In this document: positions 20,681-28,854 of the stretch, piece after piece
How the letters are laid out: every line of letters begins with the position of its first letter
How positions within the stretch are numbered: position 1 is the first letter of the stretch
NCBI GenBank assembly: GCA_963740085.1
Contig: CAVUCU010000004.1
Coordinates: 288,001-352,000, forward strand
Origin: Nitrospirota bacterium
GTDB taxonomy: Bacteria > Nitrospirota > UBA9217
DNA length: 64,000 nt
Direction: 5' to 3'
Translations under genes and position numbers: made by a program
Notes under the pieces: generated by a model
The model's input: only the letters and a program-made list of their open reading frames with translations
What the model was told of the DNA's origin: nothing
Database searches by the model: none

Positions 20681-21520
20681 ATGAATAAAGAATTCGAAAA
20701 CAAAGGAAGTCTCCGCGTGCCCTGCACTCGCGCTGGCGCACTCGTAAACGCTGGGTACAGGCAGAGCCGCAGAGAACGCAAAGAAAAGCTTTACGTCTTG
20801 GTTCTTTTCTTAATAAAGCAAAACGCTTTAAAGTCTTTCTTTGCGGCTTTGCGTCTCAGCGTGGCCCGCTTGATCGGCCATTGCGCGAAAAACTCTTTTG
20901 TATTTGGACTTGGGTTCGTACTCGCGGTTTTTTTCGGGTGCGCAACCAGCGTCAAGGTCACGCAGCAGCCCGTTACAAATCAGGCACCATCCGTGACAAG
21001 ACTCATGGATGGCCGGGAAGGCTTTATCATCACGGAAGTTCCCAAAATGGATGAGGCGTCGCGCAGAGACTTTGATCGCGCTGTCGCCATGCTGAAGGAC
21101 CAGGACTATGGCCAGGCCATCGATCTTCTGGAAAAGGTCATCAAGCAGTCACCGGGCATCTCCGCTCCTTATATCGACATTGCGATTGCCTATCAGCGAA
21201 TCGGCAAACCGGGGCAGGCCGAGGAGCATCTTAAAACAGCGCTGCAGCTGTTTCCCGATCACCCCGTGGCATGCAATGAATACGGTTTGTTGTATCGCAA
21301 ATCCGGACGATTTACCGAGGCGCGGGCGATTTATGAAAAAGCGATCGCGCGTTTTCCGGATTTTTATCCGTTGCACAGAAATCTCGGGATCCTCTGTGAT
21401 CTGTATCTCGATGACTCCGAATGCGCGCTCAAACAATTCGAAATTTACAGCGAGAAGATGCCTGCGGACGCACAGGTCAAAATCTGGATTGCCGAGCTGC
21501 GCACGCGGCTCGGACGTTAG
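20681..21520 (+). CDS. TPR lipoprotein (GltE/AglT-like); alternative TTG start at 20870
   Basis: Lipobox VFFGC; TPRs ACNEYGLLYRKSG, HRNLGILCDLY. Confidence 0.85.
   Translation: MNKEFENKGSLRVPCTRAGALVNAGYRQSRRERKEKLYVLVLFLIKQNALKSFFAALRLSVARLIGHCAKNSFVFGLGFVLAVFFGCATSVKVTQQPVTNQAPSVTRLMDGREGFIITEVPKMDEASRRDFDRAVAMLKDQDYGQAIDLLEKVIKQSPGISAPYIDIAIAYQRIGKPGQAEEHLKTALQLFPDHPVACNEYGLLYRKSGRFTEARAIYEKAIARFPDFYPLHRNLGILCDLYLDDSECALKQFEIYSEKMPADAQVKIWIAELRTRLGR
20760..20863. repeat. REP-like palindrome within or just before the 5' end of the TPR lipoprotein gene
   Basis: ccgcagagaacgcaaagaaa … tttctttgcggctttgcg arms. Confidence 0.7.
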
Positions 21521-21530
21521 GTACTGAGGA

Positions 21531-21688
21531 ATGAAATTCATTTCAACGGGGGAAAAATATTACCGCAAAGTCGCGAAGGCCGCAAAGGAAATCATGTGTA
21601 GGTTTAAAACCAGAATCTTTATGCTTTTCGTCGCGAGCTTGGCGTCTTGGCGGTTCCAAGGTTTAGATTCCGGCCTGTCCGAATTAAA
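21531..21688. repeat. ~150-bp palindromic intergenic element, copy 2 (carries 60-aa ORF 21531-21713)
   Basis: Homologous to 15316-15468; accgcaaagtcgcgaaggccgcaaag / gtcgcgagcttggcgtcttggcggt. Confidence 0.8.
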
Positions 21689-21705
21689 TGAAAAGGAGGA
21701 GGAAT

Positions 21706-21996
21706 ATGTATAAAAGTCTGTTGCTTTGGCTGTGTCTTCTTCTGGCACTGCTCAGCACGGCCATGGCTGAGGACAAAGAACCGGCGGCCAAAGAACAGGC
21801 GGCCAAACAACTTTCCGGCATGTCCATCGTCGGTAACGATGACGCCCCGAAAGCCCTGTATATTGTGCCGTGGAAAAGTTCCGAAATCGGTGTGGAGGCA
21901 AATTTGAGCATGATGTTAACCGACAGTGCCGTGCCGGTGGATCGAGATGTGTTTATGCGGCAATTGGATTTTTACGGGGTCAGCACCAAAAAATAA
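21706..21996 (+). CDS. Small secreted protein (GltF/CglF-like position)
   Basis: RBS aggaggagg; signal peptide; GMSIVGNDDAPKALYIVPW motif; lies between TPR and TolQ genes. Confidence 0.7.
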   Translation: MYKSLLLWLCLLLALLSTAMAEDKEPAAKEQAAKQLSGMSIVGNDDAPKALYIVPWKSSEIGVEANLSMMLTDSAVPVDRDVFMRQLDFYGVSTKK

Positions 21997-22029
21997 CTTC
22001 GTTGTCTAGTCAGCGAAAAGGAGGAAGAA

Positions 22030-22725
22030 ATGTTTATCATAAGGTTTTTCCAGAGTGGTGGGTTGTTTATGTTCCCGATTCTACTTACGCTTTTGGTCGG
22101 TCTGGCTATCGCGTTTGAACGCTGGGTTCACTTGAAACGCGTCAGGGACGCGAACAAAAAAATATGGGACTCGCTGTATCCGACGCTGGAAAAGGGAGAG
22201 TTCGATAAAGCCCGGGAAATGGCCAACAAGGACAAATCAACTATGGCGCAAATGCTGGGGATGGGATTAGCGCGCCAGGGGGCGGTTAGGCGACGGGAAG
22301 ACATAGAGATCGCCATGGAAGAGAGCATGATGGAGATAATTCCTCAATTGGAAAAGCGCACGCCGTACCTGGCACTGCTCTCAAATATCGCCACCCTGTT
22401 TGGATTGCTAGGCACCATCATGGGTCTTATCATGGCCTTCGCCGCGGTTGCCACTGCGAGCCCCGCCTCGAAGGCAGCCCTGCTCGCGGCCAGCATTTCG
22501 GAGGCCATGAACTGTACTGCCTTTGGTCTGATGTCCGCGATCCCACTTCTGCTGCTCCATGCCCGCCTGACAACAACTACGGGTCAGATTGTGAACAGCC
22601 TGGAGATGGCATCGGTTAGAGCGCTCAATTCTATCTCAAGTTTTGCCAAGCACCAATTTGACAGATCTCCAATCTTATCAGGCGCCGATTTAACAGGAGC
22701 TGATCATGGCCAGACGATTTCATAG
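22030..22725 (+). CDS. MotA/TolQ/ExbB proton channel (AglR-like)
   Basis: GGLFMFPI; NIATLFGLLGTIMGLI; ISEAMNCTAFGL. Confidence 0.93.
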   Translation: MFIIRFFQSGGLFMFPILLTLLVGLAIAFERWVHLKRVRDANKKIWDSLYPTLEKGEFDKAREMANKDKSTMAQMLGMGLARQGAVRRREDIEIAMEESMMEIIPQLEKRTPYLALLSNIATLFGLLGTIMGLIMAFAAVATASPASKAALLAASISEAMNCTAFGLMSAIPLLLLHARLTTTTGQIVNSLEMASVRALNSISSFAKHQFDRSPILSGADLTGADHGQTIS

Positions 22726-23218
22726 CAAAAGGGGACGGGGACAACCATCAGATTTCGATACGGATATCATGCAGGTCATCAACCTGACACCGATGATGGA
22801 TATCCTTACCGTTCTGGTGGTCTTTCTGCTCATCACTGCAGTCTTTATGAGTCTTACGATCGAGGAATTGAGTGTCCCGACCGCCGCAGGCGGATCTTCG
22901 AACCAACCGAATTTCGCCATCGAGGTGATTGTCCGCAAGGCGGGACTGCAGATTGCCAACGGGAGGTCCGTGGAGGCTACGATTCCGAAAAAAGACGATC
23001 AATATGATATTGAGCTACTGTCCAAAATGCTCCTTCGTCTGAAGGCCCAGTACCCGGAGAAGGAGGACGCGACGGTTTTGATGGAGCCGGACATCAAGTA
23101 CGACAATCTGATTGAGATCATGGATGCGGTACGTGAAACAGAAGTGCGGGCGGAAGGGAGCGAAGAGGTCAAAAAAATAGAGCTCTTTCCAAAGATAGCC
23201 ATAGGAGACGCGCCATGA
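22706..23218 (+). CDS. ExbD/TolR family protein (AglQ/S-like)
   Basis: INLTPMMDILTVLVVFLL with conserved TM Asp; YDNLIEIMDAVR. Confidence 0.92.
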   Translation: MARRFHSKRGRGQPSDFDTDIMQVINLTPMMDILTVLVVFLLITAVFMSLTIEELSVPTAAGGSSNQPNFAIEVIVRKAGLQIANGRSVEATIPKKDDQYDIELLSKMLLRLKAQYPEKEDATVLMEPDIKYDNLIEIMDAVRETEVRAEGSEEVKKIELFPKIAIGDAP

Positions 23219-23712
23219 GAGACAGCAGACGAATGAAAAGGATGGAGCGCAACAACAGAAAAGGTGATATTAAGGGTCTTGGTATAAACCTGATCCCGAT
23301 GATGGATGTTCTTTGCGTTCTGGTGTTCTTTCTGCTGTTTCACTCATTCAACAGTACTTTGCCGGATGCTCAGATCGCGCTGCCCGCTTCCATTGTCGAG
23401 ACCAGGCCAAGGGAAACAGTGGCGATCGTGGTCAGCCCCGAAGTCGTAATGGTTCAGGGAGAAGCCGTGATCAGCACCGCCAAACTTCTCGATGACAGCA
23501 TTGGGATAGTTTATGAGGTAAGAGAGCGACTGGAACAACTTCGCACTATTATCGAGACCAGCTCTAATGCGGTTGCCGAAAGCAGGGAAATCACCCTCCT
23601 TGCCGATAAATCGATTCCGTTCAAAGTGCTTAAAAAAATAATGTCGACCTGCGCTGCTTCTGGATACGGAAAGCTTTCCCTCGCCGTCATCCAGAAGGAG
23701 GCAAAAAGATAG
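23215..23712 (+). CDS. Second ExbD/TolR family protein (AglS/Q-like)
   Basis: INLIPMMDVLCVLVFFLL; ADKSIPFKVLKKIMSTC..GY. Confidence 0.92.
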   Translation: MRDSRRMKRMERNNRKGDIKGLGINLIPMMDVLCVLVFFLLFHSFNSTLPDAQIALPASIVETRPRETVAIVVSPEVVMVQGEAVISTAKLLDDSIGIVYEVRERLEQLRTIIETSSNAVAESREITLLADKSIPFKVLKKIMSTCAASGYGKLSLAVIQKEAKR

Positions 23713-23722
23713 TGGGGTTGCC

Positions 23723-25093
23723 GTGAATACATCCATATTAGAAGAGGAATTGGCACACCTGAACGCACAGACCGAGCAAGTCCGGCAAAAGCACGAGGCG
23801 CTGGAAAATGAGTTGCGCGTCGTCGAGGCAGAGCTGGAAACGTTTTCCGCCGATAGACAACGGTTCGATGCATTGCGGGACGTCTGCCATGCGCTCGACA
23901 AGCTAGGGGAACTGAAAGCGGATGAACTCTTTTGGGATGATGTCAAAAATGCCCCCGGACACGTGGAACGGGCGAGGAGCCGGGTTGACCGCTTTGAGGG
24001 GGAGATAAGCGGGATTCTGGAAAAACAGGCATCTTTCAAAGGGCAGATCGACCGATGTCTCGATGAACTGGACATCCTCTATGAAGAAGTACGTGATGCT
24101 TACGCGCGCGAAGCACGGCGCGAGGAAGAATACGTCATAGAGCGGGAGATTTCGTCCATTCCTAATCGCTCGATGCTCATGCCGTGGACCAAAGAGGCTG
24201 AGAGCGAAAGACGTTTCCGCCGAGCCCTGGTTGTCGCTTTCTCATTCTATATCGTTTTTGGCTCTGTGGTTAGCCTGTGGAAACTGCCGCCGCCGGTCCG
24301 CCCGGCCGTGGCTGTGGTTCCGGAACGTCTGGTCTCTATGGTGAGAAAGTTGCCGCCCAAGCCTGAACCGCCGCCTGAACGCCGCAAAGAAGAAAAGAAG
24401 GGAAAAGTGCCGGAGAAAAAGCAGGAAGAACGACCCAAAGCAACCACCGAAGAATCGCAGACTGCGCGCAAAAAAGCGGAGACCACGGGTGTTCTGGCTT
24501 TCAAGGAGGCTTTTAAAGATCTGATGGACGAAACTCCAGCCGCACGGCTCGGCGCCGAGGCGCGTCTGAGCAACCAGTCGGCCGTGGCGTCCGGTCAGGC
24601 CCGGGCAGGCCGGTCAATCATCTCTATGCAGTCGACGGCCGGTTCCAGTGGCGGGATCGGCAATGCCGCAGTCAGCCGCAATGTCGGTAGTGGAAACGGT
24701 AATCGTATTGGCGGCGTCGGGTTAACAAGGGTAGAAAGTACTGTTGCGGGACTGGCTGAAGGGGCGAGGCCGCTGAGCTCCGGACACGGGCCGTCGCGAA
24801 CCGATGAAGAGATCCAGATCGTCTTCGATAAATACAAGGCGACGCTCTATCGGATGTACAATGCCCAATTACGCAAGAACCCCACCCTGCGCGGCAAGAT
24901 TCTCCTGCGCATCACTATCGAGCCGGGTGGCGAAGTCTCCGGATGTACGGTGCAGTCGACCGAGCTGGCCTCGCCGGAGCTTGTGGCCCAGGTTGTGGAG
25001 CGAGTCAAGAAGTTCAATTTTGGACCGAAGGTGGATGTTCCCAAGACCACGATTCTGTACCCGATTGATTTCCTGCCTGGAGGCAGCGCCTGA
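23723..25093 (+). CDS. TonB-like protein with AgmX/PglI-type C-terminal domain (GltG-like), N-terminal coiled coil
   Basis: Single TM, Pro/Lys/Glu linker, Gly-rich segment, YNAQLRKNPTLRGKILLRITIEPGG…YPIDF. Confidence 0.88.
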   Translation: MNTSILEEELAHLNAQTEQVRQKHEALENELRVVEAELETFSADRQRFDALRDVCHALDKLGELKADELFWDDVKNAPGHVERARSRVDRFEGEISGILEKQASFKGQIDRCLDELDILYEEVRDAYAREARREEEYVIEREISSIPNRSMLMPWTKEAESERRFRRALVVAFSFYIVFGSVVSLWKLPPPVRPAVAVVPERLVSMVRKLPPKPEPPPERRKEEKKGKVPEKKQEERPKATTEESQTARKKAETTGVLAFKEAFKDLMDETPAARLGAEARLSNQSAVASGQARAGRSIISMQSTAGSSGGIGNAAVSRNVGSGNGNRIGGVGLTRVESTVAGLAEGARPLSSGHGPSRTDEEIQIVFDKYKATLYRMYNAQLRKNPTLRGKILLRITIEPGGEVSGCTVQSTELASPELVAQVVERVKKFNFGPKVDVPKTTILYPIDFLPGGSA

Positions 25094-25369
25094 GGCTGGA
25101 GATGAAAGTCGGATTCCAGAAATAGGAACACACCTTTCCGCGGCAGGGGGTTGCAAAGATCATTATTTTGGGCGGATTGGTTCATGATCAAAGGGACCTT
25201 TGATCACGACCTGCCCGCCGTTGAGCGGGCCCGTAACCGAGAGCGCGGTTGATGCCCATTTCGCCCTCCCTTCACTACTGGTCGCGCTTCGTGCTGTGCA
25301 CACTTACGGAGCTTGCTGGATAATAAAATGAGTTTGAACAGGATCGCTTCCGGGAAAGGGGAATTCGTG

Positions 25370-26251
25370 ATGAAGAAGATCATCAGCATGCTCGCATTTG
25401 CAGCGCTCGTCCTAGTCATGCTCACCGCATGCCTGGGCACGGGAATGGTGAGGAAGGACCGTATAGCCGAGACGGGCAGGATCGCAATAGTCAGCGTCGT
25501 CATGCCCCGCATAGCGGACACTACCGTGGACCATAACAGGACAGCGCTCCAGGCATGCGTACAACGGGCCCTTGGCCGGGTTCGTGCTAAGCTGAAGTCA
25601 GTGCGGAACTGGACTATCGTGGATCCGGCCGAGTACAAAGGGTTTAACTCGGTCCTGTCCATCAGTAAGGTTCCAAACGAAGAGATAAAAGCTCAGTTCG
25701 CCTCGCCCGAAGAACGGAGGAGAGCGAAAGAGGTGATAACGTCGGAACTGTCGCAATGGAAACGCAGCTTTATCGGCGCGAAAGCGCTGCCGGTCGTTCC
25801 CCGCTCCGGACTGATGCCGAATCACGGCGATAACAGCGCCCTTGCCATAATCCCCACGACCTTGATGAAACGTGCCGGGAAACTGTGTCGTGTTCTGAAC
25901 GTCGATGCGGTAGCCTTCGTTGATGTCGTGGCGAGCATAACCCATCAGAAGGCTGACAAATTCCATGTAAAGAACAACCGGACCGATGGCGCCATTCATA
26001 TGGCGCAGACCATCGTGATCGTGGATAAGCGTGGCGAGATCATCGTTGATATGGGTTCGCCGTCCCTCGGCAAGAGTGCAAAAACCAGGGATATGCTTCC
26101 CCTGTATATTGGCTCCGGCGAGGACGCGATAAAAGAGGACAACATTGACCTGACTGATCCTCAAAAAAAGATCCAGAAGGCTATTTTCTCGTTGATCGAT
26201 GAAACAGCCTCCGACATGGTCAAAAATCTCAAAAAGGCCGCAGCATCATAG
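25370..26251 (+). CDS. Hypothetical lipoprotein
   Basis: MKKII…VMLTAC lipobox; alpha/beta body with LNVDAVAFV. Confidence 0.75.
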   Translation: MKKIISMLAFAALVLVMLTACLGTGMVRKDRIAETGRIAIVSVVMPRIADTTVDHNRTALQACVQRALGRVRAKLKSVRNWTIVDPAEYKGFNSVLSISKVPNEEIKAQFASPEERRRAKEVITSELSQWKRSFIGAKALPVVPRSGLMPNHGDNSALAIIPTTLMKRAGKLCRVLNVDAVAFVDVVASITHQKADKFHVKNNRTDGAIHMAQTIVIVDKRGEIIVDMGSPSLGKSAKTRDMLPLYIGSGEDAIKEDNIDLTDPQKKIQKAIFSLIDETASDMVKNLKKAAAS

Positions 26252-26337
26252 GGGGCAGCGGGTAGAGGCAGAGATGACTTTACCGTTGTTCCCGACTAAA
26301 TATCCGGAATATGCGTTAATTATTTCGTTTGTATTAG

Positions 26338-27318
26338 TTGGGGTCGGACAGGGGATGTACAGTGGAGAAAATCTGGGTTATAAAAGATCCTGATGAAGAC
26401 CTGAAACCCCGCCGGACGCAGCGGATCACGAAAGAAGCTTCTCCTCCCGCTGAACAGGACCCCGCCCTGGCATATACGCTCTCGCTCTTATGCTGGGGTT
26501 CGGGACAGCTGTACAACGGACAGCGCGCCAAAGGCCTGAGCTATATATGCCTCGCGGTATACGGCAACGCCTTCGCACTCCTTCTCTTTGTGTTTCAGCA
26601 GGAGATCCCTTTCTATCTCCGTTATTACAGCATCTCCCCGGCGCAGGCCGTTCTTGTTGCCGCTTTTCTGGTTTTCTGCGGCCTGTTCTTCTGGGTCTCC
26701 AACGCGAGCGATGCCTACCACGCCGCGATGAAGGTCAGACGAACGACGTTCACCGGCGTGACAGGCCGCGCCTGGCCTGTGTTCTGTTCCCTGCTCTTTC
26801 CTGGCTGGGGCCAGTTCCTGAACGGTCAGCCGGTAAAGGGAGGTCTTTTCGCGGTCAGTGCGACGTTCGGCATCTTCTCCCTTATTTCAGTCCTGGAAAT
26901 CCCTCAGGTCTGGCCTTTCCTGGAGGACTCCTCTTCACGCCTCATCGTTGAAGTAGTGCTCCTGCTGTCCCTGTTCTCCCTGTTGCCCATGCCGTTCCTC
27001 TGGATACTCGGTGTATTCGATGCATGGAAAGTGGTCCAGGACGAAATCAAGAAAGAGCCGCTCCTTGAACGGCTCAAGGCAGCGAACAACCGCCGTCGCG
27101 TGTACGGATGGGTCCGCGGTGTCTTTCCGCAGATCAAGAGAACGCTCACACTCGCACTTTTTCTGATCATCCTGATCATCATCATCGTCCGGTTCTATTT
27201 CCCCTGGAATTATTATCGCGAAAACCTTATGAATGCCCTGAGTTGGTCCTCGAAGCAGGGAATGATGCTCATCCCCGAGCTTATCCGCGGAATCATCACG
27301 GTATTGCCGGCCGGCTAA
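26338..27318 (+). CDS. Integral membrane protein with duplicated G.GQ.YNGQ motif
   Basis: WGSGQLYNGQ and PGWGQFLNGQ repeats, multiple TM helices; start uncertain. Confidence 0.75.
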   Translation: MGSDRGCTVEKIWVIKDPDEDLKPRRTQRITKEASPPAEQDPALAYTLSLLCWGSGQLYNGQRAKGLSYICLAVYGNAFALLLFVFQQEIPFYLRYYSISPAQAVLVAAFLVFCGLFFWVSNASDAYHAAMKVRRTTFTGVTGRAWPVFCSLLFPGWGQFLNGQPVKGGLFAVSATFGIFSLISVLEIPQVWPFLEDSSSRLIVEVVLLLSLFSLLPMPFLWILGVFDAWKVVQDEIKKEPLLERLKAANNRRRVYGWVRGVFPQIKRTLTLALFLIILIIIIVRFYFPWNYYRENLMNALSWSSKQGMMLIPELIRGIITVLPAG

Positions 27319-27360
27319 ATCGATTCGTCCGGAGGGGCAAGGTATAGACAGGTTTTGTTT

Positions 27361-27475
27361 TGGTGGAGCTGAGGGGGAATCTTACGCGCTTCACGAAAGG
27401 GCTCGCCCTCTCGTGGACTCACCCGAAGCATGAGGGAATTCTTTCCTCAAACTTTCTCGGTTCAATCCCCCTCAT
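27361..27475 (-). repeat. tRNA-linked repeat: second copy of the tRNA-Ala 3' 18 nt plus inverted T-arm fragment
   Basis: tggtggagctgaggggga (27361-27378) identical to 27520-27537; gttcaatccccctca near 27460-27474 is the inverted T-arm. Confidence 0.7.
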
Positions 27476-27521
27476 CAAAATAAAAAAAGCCGGTCAGTGA
27501 TGACCAGCTTTGTTTATTTTG
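27476..27521 (-). terminator. Rho-independent (bidirectional-looking) terminator after tRNA 3' end
   Basis: aaaataaaaaaagccggtca-gtga-tgaccagctttgtttatttt. Confidence 0.8.
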
Positions 27522-27564
27522 GTGGAGCTGAGGGGGATCGAACCCCTGACCCCAAGACTGCCAG
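27520..27564 (-). other. 3' half of tRNA-Ala(GGC): attachment-site remnant of an integrated element
   Basis: Minus strand CTGGCAG-TCTTG-GGGTC-AGGGGTTCGATCCCCCT-CAGCTCC-ACCA; similarity stops exactly at the anticodon loop; no D-arm or 5' acceptor strand. Confidence 0.88.
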
Positions 27565-27690
27565 CAAGAAAGGGCAGAAAAACACAATCCTTGATTTGTC
27601 GCCTGGTTTCCCGTTTTGAGCTTTGAATCAAGGGGTTGACGGCTTTATAATAATTCCATCTGTTACGAGGTTTTTGCCCTTTTTGATAAT

Positions 27691-27711
27691 TTTTAGCACA
27701 ATTTTAGCACA
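27691..27711. promoter_or_regulatory. Tandem 10-bp repeat, candidate tyrosine-integrase arm-type sites
   Basis: ttttagcaca a ttttagcaca about 130 bp inside the att core. Confidence 0.5.
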
Positions 27712-27818
27712 GTCAATTCGGGGTGAGCCCAAGACTCTCTGTATGATACCCTCTGATAGTGACAGAAATGGATCATGGGGGAGGGGGGTGTGACCTTCAC
27801 CTGTCCATCGTTCCGCAT

Positions 27819-28691
27819 TTACCAGACAGCTTGAGATAGACACTCTTTCGCCTTTCTATATCCTAAATCGATCATCTCGGACGCCCGATCATACTCCAGT
27901 GACCGGCATGCGTTCCGGGCAATATCTATGACGATATCTGGTGGATAAGCAGCAAGTTTTTGACGTGCGATGGTGTTCTGCATAGCCTCAAAAGCCTGAA
28001 CGGCGATTTCGTACCCCCCCCAATCTCGGCCTGTGCTGCTTGCCACCGATCGTTGGTGGTTTATAAAGCGATTGATCCTTTCATGCAGCAACGATGAAGG
28101 GGACACGGGCGCAGGACTCTCGCCACTCGGAAATTCCGGACTATCCGCGGGGCCGCCAAGGTTTACCGCAATAGTCACATCGGTACCATCACCGATCGTG
28201 GGGGCAACAGGCACAGGATTTAATACCCCTCCATCGATAAGATCGACTCCTCGGTCATTAAACGGCGTAAAAAAAAGGGGGATTGACATAGAGGCCCTTA
28301 TCGCATCAAAAAGTTTGCCTGACTTCATCCATATTTCCTTCTGGTTCTTAAGGTCAGTAGCAACAGCAGTATATTGAATCGGCAGATCCTCGATCAGTTG
28401 ATCTCCCACGAGACCGACCAAGGTGTTGATAATTTTGTCGCCTTTGACCAGCCCGCTCTTTCCCCAGGAAAGATCCAGCAAGGTGACGATGTCGATCTTC
28501 TTTAAGGCACGCACCCATTGTTCATATTCATCCAGTTTTCCGGCTGCATATATTCCCCCGATAAGCGCACCAATCGAGGAACCGGCTATAGAGCGTATGT
28601 TGCAATCATGTTCTTTAAGCCAGTGAATAACGCCAATGTGTGCTAAACCCCGGGCACCGCCACTTCCAAGAACTAGAGATACGGTTTTCAT
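27819..28691 (-). CDS. Patatin-like phospholipase (RssA type)
   Basis: LGSGGARG, GSSIG and DGG motifs. Confidence 0.92.
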   Translation of the reverse strand: MKTVSLVLGSGGARGLAHIGVIHWLKEHDCNIRSIAGSSIGALIGGIYAAGKLDEYEQWVRALKKIDIVTLLDLSWGKSGLVKGDKIINTLVGLVGDQLIEDLPIQYTAVATDLKNQKEIWMKSGKLFDAIRASMSIPLFFTPFNDRGVDLIDGGVLNPVPVAPTIGDGTDVTIAVNLGGPADSPEFPSGESPAPVSPSSLLHERINRFINHQRSVASSTGRDWGGYEIAVQAFEAMQNTIARQKLAAYPPDIVIDIARNACRSLEYDRASEMIDLGYRKAKECLSQAVW

Positions 28692-28854
28692 GTTCGTTTT
28701 ATCCCCCCGATTCCGGCAGCCTTGCCTCTGTTTCCGCACTGTAGGTCAACCCGATCAAACTAAACGAATGCATTAGATTGCATACAGCCCAGCCGGTTTA
28801 TTTATCATGAATATAAGCCTGATATGAGAAGATGTCAACGAAATCGGTTGACGT

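Noticed and set aside
14712-21688. CRISPR array or integron attC sites from the dispersed palindromes
   Set aside because: No regular repeat-spacer period, no cas or intI gene, no RYYYAAC/GTTRRRY ends; the flanking genes form a coherent operon.
22030-25093. Ordinary TonB-ExbBD uptake or Tol-Pal system
   Set aside because: No TonB-dependent receptor, TolB or Pal; two ExbD plus TPR genes fit the Agl-Glt-like set better.
27520-27600. Intact tRNA-Ala gene
   Set aside because: No D-arm or 5' acceptor strand beyond the anticodon loop; only a 3' half is present.
28800-28830. dif/Xer site next to the IS1202-like element
   Set aside because: atttatcatga resembles a XerD arm, but the other arm does not match XerC and the site is not adjacent to the IS end.
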